Below, one piece after another: positions 50,825 through 62,341 of a stretch of 64,000 bases of DNA. Numbering within the stretch: the first letter of the stretch is position 1; each line of letters starts with the position of its first letter. Position numbers and translations under genes: made by a program. Under the pieces are notes generated by a model, which had not been told where the DNA came from, did not search any database, and was given only the letters and a program-made list of their open reading frames with translations. The stretch is from Trichosphaerium sp. ATCC 40318 (taxonomy: Eukaryota > Protista > Tubulinea), in NCBI GenBank assembly GCA_038496445.1, contig JALMLS010000374.1:62001-126000 (forward strand), read 5' to 3'.

Positions 50825-51825
50825 TAAGAATTGAAACAACCGCTCTAATAGTAATAAATTAATACCACTAATGATAGACGTATTTAAGCAGTATATTAGC
50901 GTAGAAAACTATAGTGCGAATACGGCGGTGGTGCGTACCTTGTCAAAAAAAAACCACGTGCTTTTATCGAAGGTTTGCCAAAAAAATCTAGTGCTTTTTG
51001 CCTTTTGACTCACAAAATAGTTGACCATCATTGGATAATTTGCTTGCCAGATAAAACTTATCCATGATGTTCTTTGGTTATTTGTAATAGCTGCAAAGTC
51101 GGCTTTAACGCTATCACTAAGAAAGAACTATAATTCTTGTCCTCAAACGGTCTGCTAGTGTCCTTACTTTGCACTGCCAATTATTTATCCCATCACTTGA
51201 TACCAACAACGCTTCCTGTTAATCAGAAGAAGGAGTAAAGGCACTCAATAATATTTTAGGAAACGTACAGACTAAACAATGACAATGATAATTGCTGGAC
51301 TCAAAGAACTATGAAACTTAAAACTTATGAACATAATAGTATTAATTATCAATTTTCTAAGATCAACATATACTTAATCCCTTAACAGCTTCTTTTGTAA
51401 TGTTTTATTACAGTCAAAGTTTACTTAATTGTTTTGAGTAAGTCATGTTTCAAGACTATGTGTATTTGTTAAAGTTTAGCTTTATCGTACAGTACCACTT
51501 AGCAGTACAGGGAACATTTGGGTACCATTGATTGAGTTATGACTTTATACGTGAAGGTGGTGTTATTGTATGGAAAGACAAACAGTTCGTTCCAGGTTTG
51601 TTGTTCTCACTACTAGTACGATTATAGGTGTTCTTGGAGTGAATTCAGCTGTTCTTCAAAATGGTCACGTGGTATTCAGTATTGGCTCAGGCAACTATGA
51701 TTTTGCTTTGTACTTACTATAAAGTCACAACGGCGATAAAACCGAAAAGAAACAACAATGTATCTGAAAAAAAAGATTGTCGATCGTTTTTTCGTTTTCG
51801 TTTTTTCCGGAAACAAATTTGCTTT

Positions 51826-52411
51826 TTATTCTCCAGAACCTAATTCTGTTGGCATAACCACCAAATTCTGTTAGTTAAACGCGTAGTTAAAAATCAGAAA
51901 AAGAAAAAGTTTGTACCTTCAACTTTACCAAACCGTCCTTGATATCAACAACACGATTGTCATAACAGATATTAACCTTTGGTTTCAGTATATCTGCTAG
52001 TTTTCAACCAACATAGCCATCAAACAGAGGCAGTTGGGCAGAATACATCAAATTACCGTCTAGATGTTAAGGTTACTTCTAAATCGAAACACATACCTCC
52101 CGCCTTTATTTTATTAGCACATGGCGTTCCGCATGTCTTACAATGTCCTCTCTGTAATCTTTTTGAGCTACCAAAGTAGGCTAATATCAGCGCCTTTAGT
52201 GATAGTAAACTGTTTGTCAGCGTAAATAGCCTAAAGCCCTATAAAACCTGGAACAAAGCTGAAGGTGTCTTACAACTAATGCATAGGGTGAGCACGTGAT
52301 GCGTTGGCATAATGTGCAGTGGCAATAACAAGATAATATGGGCTTTCCAATCGTAGTAAATTGTACAGCCTTGCAAAAACAAGATGCTTTGTATTGAGCA
52401 GTGTCTGTCAT
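51826..52411 (-). pseudogene. Pseudogenised duplicate of the GFA/CENP-V gene at 25922
   Basis: Same exon structure. A 2-nt deletion after KGA (gatattagcc vs gaaaacatagcc) shifts the frame, there is an in-frame TGA in GYVG*KLAD, and the last exon is scrambled. Confidence 0.88.
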
Positions 52412-53110
52412 TTCAGTAAGCTGTTTTGAGTGTCGCAATCCACTATGGATCACAGTCACAACTTATGTTAAGTCTTGTTTTGGTTGTCAATTTATACATG
52501 CGCTCAACTATCACAGCGCAACAATTAACCATTTATGTTTAAGAATTGTAGTATTACAGTCAATAGTTTACAAATAAGACAGCTCGCAGTAATTCGTTGT
52601 TGAAGATTATGTGTCGTTTAGTTCAAATCGTATTAGGTCCCTATCGTCCGTTGACTCCTTAAAAACAACAACAACACGTATTGGGGGAGCCTATCTCTTG
52701 GCTTGGTCACGAAGCCTGAGATCGTTGTTTTATTCACAGTCAAACAACTTTTTAAGTAATGCACTTGATATGTTTCTCTACGCGCACAAAGTGATAAAAA
52801 GATGTTTGGGTGAAAGTGTAGAAAGTAGCTAACAGCACGTGATTTTGTTCCAAATGTCAAAATAACGTCACCACAGGCACATTTTGACACAAAAAAAGTA
52901 GCGGTTAGGCCAGCGTGACCTTGTTTTACCGCGCTAAACCGTAATTTTGTTAAAACGGGCTGATTGAGGGCCTTCAACCACTCTATGTGTAGAACTCTCA
53001 ATTTTAAGGCGTTTCAGGCTACTTTTATTCAAAATAAAGTCAGTGGTGGTTCAAAAAGAAGCCAACAACTTTTATGTTCACTGAATGAATACTGCTCTTG
53101 TTCTAAATCA

Positions 53111-53181
53111 CGGACCGGTTACGGACCGAAAACCGATATATTGAAACCGGACCGGTATCGGACCGGTATTTGCCACCTCTA
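53111..53181 (-). mobile_element. Solo DNA-transposon terminus, hAT-like
   Basis: Minus strand begins TAGAGGTGGCAAA, followed by four copies of CGG(A/T)CCG (plus-strand 53111, 53122, 53148, 53159). This fits the terminus plus GC-rich subterminal-repeat layout of hAT elements. No partner end or transposase seen. Confidence 0.55.
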
Positions 53182-54787
53182 CCTATTGATAAAAATCCAT
53201 GCTTAATTTTTGTAGCTCTGTTGGACCTATCTTACTGATAATATTGTACCATCAAGTTTCAGTCTTCCTGAAGTCCCAACTGTAAGTAATTCAACAGTGG
53301 ACGCATTTGTAGCTAGAACACGTACGTCATGTTTTAATCTAATGTTCAACGTTGTCTAACATTTGAACTGTAGAGGCAGACGCTAATGCACTTATTGATG
53401 GACAAACAGCTTTTGTTGCAGTTGAGCTAGGAAATGCTTACGCTTAGCGATGTTCCAAACGAATAGAATACCGAATCTATCGCCAGAACGTAAAAAGTTG
53501 GAAATAGTCGAATATATTCCGATTCGGTTTTCAGAGAAGAGCGACTGTGAAACTGAAAGTTGTTGGCTTTTTTTTTAATCACCAAGTGCTTTTTGTTCAT
53601 CCAAACCACTCTCATACGTTTTAAAATGCATATTTCTATACATAGAGTGGTTGAAAGCCCTATATTGAGTGAGTTTAAGATATCTACATTTTAGCGGTAA
53701 AACTAAGTCACAGTAAGCCTAACCGACACTTTTGTTGTGTGAAATTGTGCCAGTGGTGACGTTTTTTTGACAATTAGAGCCAATCTTGAGCCCGCCACGT
53801 GATCTATTTTTTTGCTGTCTCAAAACCACTTTTTAGTACTTTCCACGCGTAGAAATAGCCATCACTTGAGGTAAAACATATTTTAACACAATTTTGTAGT
53901 TTTATCTATGCACTTGCTCTATTAAAAAAAAGTCTCAGACGTGTTCGGATGTAAAAAAATGGGTTCAGGACAGCAATAAGGATGTAATTTGTGCCGTTTT
54001 ATCTCACCACAAAAAAAGCGAGAAGAATATATTCGAATAAACCAAGAAAATTTGGTTCAAATACGAATTTTGCAATCTATCCGTTTGGAACATCGCTACT
54101 TACGCTTTGCTATTTTATACATTTCTCATTGTGATTGTCGGTGCTTGTATATGGTTTTATTATATACGTCGTTCTAAACAAGTAACAATGAAGGGAAGCG
54201 ATCATGTGTAGAAACAAAAAACAAATACAAACTAATGTAAATAAAATAAATAAAACTAAAAGCCCCGAAAGTACCCTTCCTTAACAAAATATTTCGTCTT
54301 GTGAAGTCAGATTACTTGTTAAAATTGAGTTGTATAGATATCATGTTAGTTGATTATTATGTTTACCCACGTGCATGATATACATATGGGCTGGTTAAAT
54401 CACGTGGTTTGAAACGGTTAGATTCACAAAAAAAAGAAATTTTCGACTTGAAAAGCGCAGTAGCAACGTAAAATTACAACGTACTATGCGCGGGTAAATG
54501 GACGGTTAATTTAGCCTAACTAGAATTGACCAGAGCCAGAAAAACGCTTTTTTTTGTTGGATTGAACAAGTGACAGCCTTACTTGATGGACAACACTGCT
54601 TTCAAAACAGTAGCGTACCTGTATGCTAAAATTCATTTTGTATGTTGATTTCGGGTGGTTAGCGTTATTGTCGTTACTAGTTGAGGAAAAAACGGATTTA
54701 GTCACGTGACGTCCTGTAACAATATTCCGATCATCTAACAATAACATAATAACAAACGTAGCCACGTTTCACGCGTATATTAGCAAA

Positions 54788-56059
54788 ATGAGTGAAGAAG
54801 AGACTAGCCAGAACATTAGTGACCTTGTCGCGCTCCCCGTTGAACTAATAGTTCATATTCTCAAACAAGGCACTTTTACACTTCGTTTCGCGCAAACTTG
54901 CCGCTTCTTGCGGGATATTGTCCATAACCATGTCGGATATGATCAAATTATTGTTAAAAGCAGTACCGAGGTGACGATGCTTTCTGGCAGTCCTTTATTG
55001 CAGAATACACCCATTCTGTTCTATGGGTATAGAGATGTAAACGACAATCAGTTGAGGTTACTAGCGGGAGTACATACAATCAATTTGTCCAGTTGTGAAT
55101 CAATAACAGATGAAGGCATTAAGTCATTGGCTGGAGTACATGACATTGGATTATTAAGTACAAACGTAACAGACGAAGGCATCAAAGCATTGGCAGGTGT
55201 ACACACTATAGATTTAGGTTTTTGTGAATCAATAACAGATGAAGGCATTAAGTCATTGGCTGGAGTACATGACATTGGATTATCAAGTACAAACGTAACA
55301 GACGAAGGTTTGAAGGCGTTAGCAGGTGTACACTCTATCTATTTATATGGTTGTCTATCGATAACAGACGAAGGCATCAAGGCGTTGGTTGGTGTACACA
55401 CGATTGCGTTAGTAGACACCAAGGTAACAAATGAAGGATTGAAGGCATTGGCAGGCGTACACACTATCAATTTGTGTCGCTGCAATGTAACTCATGAGGG
55501 CATCAAGGCGTTGGTTGGTGTACACAATATTAATTTATATGAAACAAAGGTAACAGATAAAGCTTTGAAGGCCTTGAAAGGTGTCCACACTGTCCAGTTG
55601 TATAGATGTAAATCAATAACAAATGAAGGCATTAAGTCATTGGCTGGAGTCTATGACATTGGATTATCAGAGACAAACGTAACAGACGAAGGCATCAAAG
55701 CATTGGCTGGTGTACACACTATAGATTTGGAACACTGTGATGTAACAGACGAAGGCATTAAAGCATTGGCTGGTGTACATGAAATAGGTTTAAGACTTAC
55801 CAAGGTAACAGATGAAGGCATCAAAGCATTGGCAGGTGTACACACTATAAATTTGAAACGCTGTGATGTAACAGATGAAGGCATTAAAGCATTGGCTGGT
55901 GTACACACTATAAATGTATCAGGAACAAAAGTAACAGATGAAGGATTGAAAGCATTGGCAGGTGTACACACTATAACCCTGTATGGTTGCTCCTCAACTT
56001 CAAAAGAGGGTGTCCAGGCAACCGGTGCACAGGTAGTAAGGGCAGATTTCATTATATAA
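54788..56059 (+). CDS. F-box/LRR protein, copy E, intronless, with internal 63/66-bp repeats
   Basis: DLVALPVELIVHILK...QTCRFL F-box, GSPLLQNT cap, about 15 GVH(T/D)IxLxxxxVTDEGIKALA units. Confidence 0.92.
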   Translation: MSEEETSQNISDLVALPVELIVHILKQGTFTLRFAQTCRFLRDIVHNHVGYDQIIVKSSTEVTMLSGSPLLQNTPILFYGYRDVNDNQLRLLAGVHTINLSSCESITDEGIKSLAGVHDIGLLSTNVTDEGIKALAGVHTIDLGFCESITDEGIKSLAGVHDIGLSSTNVTDEGLKALAGVHSIYLYGCLSITDEGIKALVGVHTIALVDTKVTNEGLKALAGVHTINLCRCNVTHEGIKALVGVHNINLYETKVTDKALKALKGVHTVQLYRCKSITNEGIKSLAGVYDIGLSETNVTDEGIKALAGVHTIDLEHCDVTDEGIKALAGVHEIGLRLTKVTDEGIKALAGVHTINLKRCDVTDEGIKALAGVHTINVSGTKVTDEGLKALAGVHTITLYGCSSTSKEGVQATGAQVVRADFII

Positions 56060-56401
56060 GAGTGCCGTCTAGACTTATCATAGTACACTTTTTATTGCTT
56101 TGTATAAACAAACAAACAGAATAAATGAAAACAAAATTAGTCATAATGTTATTATGTTCACGAAAAGCAGACAGCTATGTTTGCATTTAGTGTTTTTAGG
56201 CGAGTTAAAACTGTCAAGAATATTTATTTTGACGTTGACCCGGATATGAAAGAACATGTTGGAATTGTAAGAATTAAGCGTTTTATTGTGTCAGCCTTTT
56301 TCTTCAATTCTCGTTGAGGTTTAACTTTTATTGTACGGCTTGTTGTTTAATACATCCTCTCTTAAGTTCTTACACTGTGAATGTTATAAATACGATGAAG
56401 C

Positions 56402-56470
56402 CTTTCTTCAAGTTGAAGGTATGCCCAAGTTATTTAACACACGTTTATTGGTTAATCTAATGTTTAGGAT
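56402..56470 (+). repeat. Dispersed copy of 60041-60117 (an intron plus short exon flanks)
   Basis: ctttcttcaagttgaaggtatgcc[ttgtatca]caagttatttaacacacgtttattggttaatctaatgtttaggat is identical in both places except for the bracketed 8-nt deletion at 56.4 kb. Confidence 0.92.
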
Positions 56471-58198
56471 ATTAGTGATTAAAAAAACTAGGTTTCTGGC
56501 AAAGCGTTATTGGTTTACCACCTTTTGCAATACACATGTGACAGATAATGACCTCGCGGCTTTGTTGGATTACACCAAAATTCACACGTTTGTGAGTGCA
56601 TACAGGCATCAAGTCATTGGCACAGAAACTTTAAGGGCGAGTGCGACAGATCTTAGTACAATATTAAATGCGTGATTACCTACATGACATAACAAATTTC
56701 TCTGAACGTCCACCTAAAATTGAACGGTCCGTAAATTTCATTTTTCTTGGTCAATTTGATTAATTAAGCCTCTATTTTCTGTTTATTTTGACAAAAGAAC
56801 AATATATAAATAGCAGCTACAACAACAGCAAACGCCATCAACGATGCTTTTATGATCCATTTCTACCATAAAGGAAAACTACTCTTCTTATTACATGGCC
56901 TTGCTTCAAAGGTAAGTGTAGACTGTGATTTTGTAGTGGATCAACTGATTTCTAAGCACTGATTATCGTTTAGCGTTACCTGTGGATTTGGTATCTCTTC
57001 ACAGCTCTTGGCATGTTGTATTTGCAAGTGGAGTTCCTGATTCATGTTAGAAACGGTTGTTTGATTGCTATTGAACGTGCTTGTAAGCCAGATGCATCAA
57101 CAGAAAAAGAGCCTGAAGGCAATTTCTAACTATTATTTTTGTCTCATTCTTTCGGAACTAATACTGTGTTTGATAGCGTAACGTTACCTAGCAGTGGTTA
57201 ATACAACAGCCAAACTAAATATGATCTGCAGAAAAAAGTACCAGTTACTATTATGTCAGTAAACTCCACAGTGGTTGAAGGTATAAAGTCACCTGTTTTA
57301 TCAAAATTAGTACGGGAATATTTAAGTAACCGTACCATAAACTCTGAGCGTTCTATCAATCTAACAATTAAAAAAATGGCAGAAAGGCACACAAGTCCTG
57401 CCATATTTGACCATCATTTTGAGAGAATTTCCCCAATTCTTCTGTGAACTTTAGTCAAAATCCATGAATTTTTTGTAAATTTTGAAAAAAACGTATTCGT
57501 TCGGTATCATCCGGATTGGAAGAACGTTAATTTAATGGAGTAATTGGTACCTCGTTTTGGCTTGTATCTACAAACATCCTTTTAACTCAGTGGTAAGCCA
57601 GATTTGGGAGTGGAGGACCCGGATGAATCAATAAAAAAAAGATGAGGAAGCTCAAATAAAGATGTACGCGCACTAGTGCGTACGGGTTTTTATTGTGTAC
57701 CAGACCCGCTTTGTTATTTATTCATTGTTGCTGGCTGTAAACCTTATCATTAGTGATAAGAAAAGTTAGAATATCACGTGAGCTTTGTAATTGTTTCAAG
57801 TATTGTACTTTTTCAGCCTAAAACTGTTGTACAATGCATGTAACTTCTGTTCCCATATAAACGGAGTTTTTATACGGTTGGCGAGACTGACGCATCATGA
57901 GCGAGCTCAAGAAGACTTTCCATTAAAGCCCATTTTATTGTGTGATCTGTAATTTTCAACCAGGTCACCGTCAAATACTTTTTTGGTACACAAAAGAGTG
58001 CTATAATTTATCCGCTAAATATATTGAGTCAAAATGATTGATAAAGCCTCTGTGGGCAGTTAAAAGCAAATGAGGTTGACAAAAACATATCACACCTTTT
58101 TATTTTGATTGGACAGAATCACGTGCGTTTTAAAAAGGAAGATTACCTTGTAAAAAACGCTTCATTACGCCAAATAATGCTTATTCCTGCTATAGTAA

Positions 58199-60583
58199 AT
58201 GACTTTACGTTATTTCTGTACTGCCTTTTTATTTTTTGCTCTTGCTGCACCTACCCACGGTAACACAAGTACGAATTTTATTCAGCGCAATAGTGCGATT
58301 GTGATATGACGTTTGTTAAATTTTTTATGTCTTAGTCGTAACTTCAAGTGATCACGTTTGTGGCACTGATATGGAGTGCTACTTGAACGAAGGGCCAACC
58401 ACGCTTATTCTCAATTCTACTGGGTTAAATTTTCCTAGCGGCGCGTTTCAAGTTGAACTTTCCGAAAGTATAGACATTTATGGTATGGTTGACGCTTTTG
58501 AAAGGTTCTTGTAACATATTATTTAGCGTTAAATAAAGGCATAAATATTTCATGCGCACTTCAAATGAAGATGGTGAACGGGACTCAAAACATTTGTATC
58601 TCACTATCAGGATTTACGTTAATTAATTGTAAAATCATATTGAACGGCTTCGCAAATGTTTCCGTAGAGTACATTCATTACAAGTCTAGTTTTATTGATC
58701 AGTTGACAAGTGTGTAGGAATATGGTAGTTACAGGCTCAGAGAGTACTATTCAAATATTTGACAGGTACACGTGATTTATTTCGATATTTTAATGAGAAA
58801 AATAGCCGAAATGTTACTGTTCGCAATTCACTTTTCCATGAACTGTTCGATGCGATAGGATTTGCCAATCCTTTGGGATTATGGATTGAAACAGTCGACA
58901 CAGTTTCTGTGAATAATTGTCATTTTCAACATAATTTTAGGGGAGGGCTTTATGTCGATAGAACGACAGGGAGAGGTAATATTTGATACCTTTATTTTGT
59001 TTGATCGTAACTATTTAAGCATAGGATTTGTTGCTACATTCAGAGCTGTTGATAGAGTAATTTGTGACTTGTATAACAAGCTAAATATTTACACATGCAT
59101 TTATTTAGGTTACAATCAACTCTTGCTCGTTCAAAGACAATTACGTACTTGCAAGCCGTTTTGGTATGCAGATCTTAGTCCTTATATATTCTCATTTGTA
59201 TATAGCAAACTTTGATTACTATAGTTCAGTACTATACGCAAATTCAACTTATGTACAGATATTGAACTCAACTTTTATTGATAATACTGTGGAAGAAGAA
59301 AAACCAATCAATGACAGATGTACTGGTACGCACGCCTAGCCAAGTATCATGTTAATTGCCGGTTAGTTGGCTCATTGGCCTTGAGTGGTCTATCAAACAG
59401 TGGATCAGCAGTGATAGATTCTTGTGTATTTGAGAATATTACATGCATGTAACGTTCTGCGTAAATTTAATAGTAAATACCTGATTCAACTTCTAGAAAA
59501 AATAATTCAATACCTATAACATCCCCTGCATTGATCGGGTCTTCTATGGACATTACAATCAGGTACACTGCTAATATGTTATTTCCGACAGTAAGAATAC
59601 TAAATATCGTGTTTAGAAATACACCATTTGAAAACAGCCTCAACAATAGTAACGGACAAGCAATTGTATTGTACTAATTTATGAAATAGATACTGGAGGC
59701 GTTTTTGATTGTCCTTCATCACCAACAAATCTTACATGTGGGTGCAGCTACTCTGATATCACCACATATTTTGCAGATTGTCAAGCTAATGGTATACATT
59801 ATTTGTATTTGCTCGCTTACAGTGTTGAATAGTTACTTGTGAAGGCAAAACTTTCATTCCTCCAACAATACCACCAACCACAATATTGCCTACAACTACA
59901 CCAACATTTGAATCGACAACTGTATCACCTACAGCTGCACCAACAGTGGGCAGTCTACCACCTGAAATAGTGTTGTCTAGTCGTTTGATAATAAATGGTG
60001 ACTTTGTAAACTCAGAGATAGCAACAATTACTCCTGGAGGCTTTCTTCAAGTTGAAGGTATGCCTTGTATCACAAGTTATTTAACACACGTTTATTGGTT
60101 AATCTAATGTTTAGGATGTATTGTAATACCATCAAATACAACGTTCATCATTGACTTCACAAGTGATAATAACACAAGTGTTGGCGAGACAAGAAGAGAA
60201 GTAATACGAAGTAACAGCAACTGTATCAATGGTACTTTTACATTAGTATCACCAGAATGTGTATTGGCGAGAATTGAGCGTACTCTTTCATCGTGCATTG
60301 ATATCAAAATTTTGCTAGTGTAATTGTGATCACATCAAGATCTGATAGTTGTGATAATGGAGCATCAGCAAATGTTGGTTTGGCATTAGGTGTCACATTT
60401 GGCATTCTTGTGTTTGTATGTGAAGACGTTTCTTTTTTTCTTGTTTTCATTTATTTTTTACAAACTAAATTTGTATGGTAGATTGCTGTAGGTCTGATTA
60501 TTGCTTTCTTTGTACCTAAGTTGAGACAAGCCATTTTCCCTTATACTTTAACAACCAAGGAAGTAGAAATATCTTCTGTTTGA
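58199..60583 (+). CDS. Type I membrane/cell-surface protein: signal peptide, beta-helix-like ectodomain, Pro/Thr stalk, one TM helix, short tail
   Basis: MTLRYFCTAFLFFALAAP; repeats like VSVNNCHFQHN and ILNSTFIDN; PPTIPPTTILPTTTPT; GLALGVTFGILVF|IAVGLIIAFFVPKLRQAIFPY. Confidence 0.75.
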
Positions 60584-61012
60584 ACCTAACACTAAATACT
60601 CATTGCCCAATTGATTATTGTCATTCAAGTTAACTTAAAGTGACCTTTTTCAAGTTTTTGTCAATTCTAGATCAATGTTTAGATTGATAATGTAGAGTTA
60701 ATTAATGGGTTTTTGTGTTGTCTATTTAGACAATCTGACTGAATTGGCACTACTGACAGAATTTGCAAATCTCACATTTGCACTATCACGTGGTAATTTG
60801 TTGCGATCAACCGTTTTTTCAAACTCATTACGCAATAATGTTCCAGTTAAGCCGTTTTGTTCAGTAAGAAAAGTGCAGCGTTGACTTTGCTAATTAATTC
60901 TTAACAACTTGACTGCCATCGACAATATGTAAGTAATGTTGCTTGACTCAAAAAAACTATACAAACTGATGTGGCTTAAAAAAAAGTAGTTTACTGCAAA
61001 ATATACTCGGGT

Positions 61013-61870
61013 CTACCCCAATATCGTTTCTTTAAAGGTGTATGGTATACCCAATGACTGAATAGCGTCTTCTGTGATATATTCACATGCCACTACTTCA
61101 ATAAATTGAAGACATTTTAAGTGCTTCAAGCAATCATTCGTAAGTGTAAAACAAAGTTGAAGAACCAAATGTTTTAGATTGAACAAATACTTAAAATCTG
61201 AGTCTTGTATCGTGGAGCACTGACTTAATAGTAAGCTCTTGACATTGCACAATGATTTAAAACATTCACCTGTCACTGATAATCCATAATAAACTTCAAG
61301 AGTGTGCACATCTCCAAGGTGATTAAACCATGGCTCTTTTGGGTGACTGATTGTAAGGCGGTGTACGTCTTTGAGTGCCTTAATACCTTCAACGTTAATA
61401 TAGTGGCATCGAAAAAGATTGATCGTGTGTACACCTCTGAGTGCGATTAACGAAACATCTGTTATATCTGTATTGGACAAATCAATGGTATGAATGGTAT
61501 CTCCTCCTTGCACCAATGCCAGGATACCCGAGTCTGTAATTTCTGCTGATTGTAGGTCTATTGATTTAACACCAGAAAGGCAACTCAACTCGCTTGGTGA
61601 AAGTGTCAATGAACAGCAAAGCATTTTGGTGTTTTTTAGTAGTGGACTGCCTTTTAGGACACTACAATCTGATGGTTCTTTTAAAGTGAGTTCATCAAAA
61701 CCAATATTACAACGAATGATGTTATTAAACACGTGAGAAACTGTAGATGTTATAATACGGTCTTTTCTTTCTAAACAACGTAGAATGTGTGTTAACGTCT
61801 CTGGTGGCATATCTTCAAGTGGTTTATTATTATTCACTGGAATAAAGCTTCGTTTATTAGCATGAGCCAT
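61013..61870 (-). CDS. F-box/LRR protein, copy F, intronless, short form
   Basis: LEDMPPETLTHILRCL...VSHVF F-box and GSPLLKNTK cap. C-terminal repeats align with those of copy D. Confidence 0.9.
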   Translation of the reverse strand: MAHANKRSFIPVNNNKPLEDMPPETLTHILRCLERKDRIITSTVSHVFNNIIRCNIGFDELTLKEPSDCSVLKGSPLLKNTKMLCCSLTLSPSELSCLSGVKSIDLQSAEITDSGILALVQGGDTIHTIDLSNTDITDVSLIALRGVHTINLFRCHYINVEGIKALKDVHRLTISHPKEPWFNHLGDVHTLEVYYGLSVTGECFKSLCNVKSLLLSQCSTIQDSDFKYLFNLKHLVLQLCFTLTNDCLKHLKCLQFIEVVACEYITEDAIQSLGIPYTFKETILG

Positions 61871-62341
61871 TTTACTGATAATTTACTGTAAATATGAGCA
61901 GAAAAACATTGACATTTTCCGCCTTTTCTGGGAGTTTACATTGTGCGGTGCCTCAATACATGCCCAATAAGTAATAGTGCTACGCCATAAAGTTCACTGT
62001 GTAAAGAGTATGCTCAATATTAACAGATACCAGAGTACGGCTATTATACAGAACCTTTGATATTTTTCCGCTATCTGTTTTTAATGGTATTTCAAGCCAT
62101 TCTCAATTGCTTTGGTTGCAGACAGAAATTATTTTGTAATCAACGTATGGTGTCAGTTTAGATTAATGCGGACCATATACTCTTTTTCTTCTTAGTAAAC
62201 GTTATAACAGCGTAGAAATAAACCCAAACAAACTACCTCTTACAAACAGTTCTGGTCACTAAAAACGTTACACAACACGTGATTTGGTTTTTTAAATTTT
62301 GTACAGTTGTTCATGTGATTGTTTTCTAGAACGTGTTCGTC

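Noticed and set aside
55048-56088. Antisense ORFs over the LRR genes (also 10372-10572, 49365-49613, 61494-61736) and over low-complexity tails (6182-6496, 40525-40938)
   Set aside because: They are shadows of repetitive or biased sense-strand coding, with no independent features.
57664-57690. Palindrome gtacgcgcactagtgcgtac resembling a Helitron 3' hairpin
   Set aside because: No CTRR terminus at the expected distance, and no other Helitron features.
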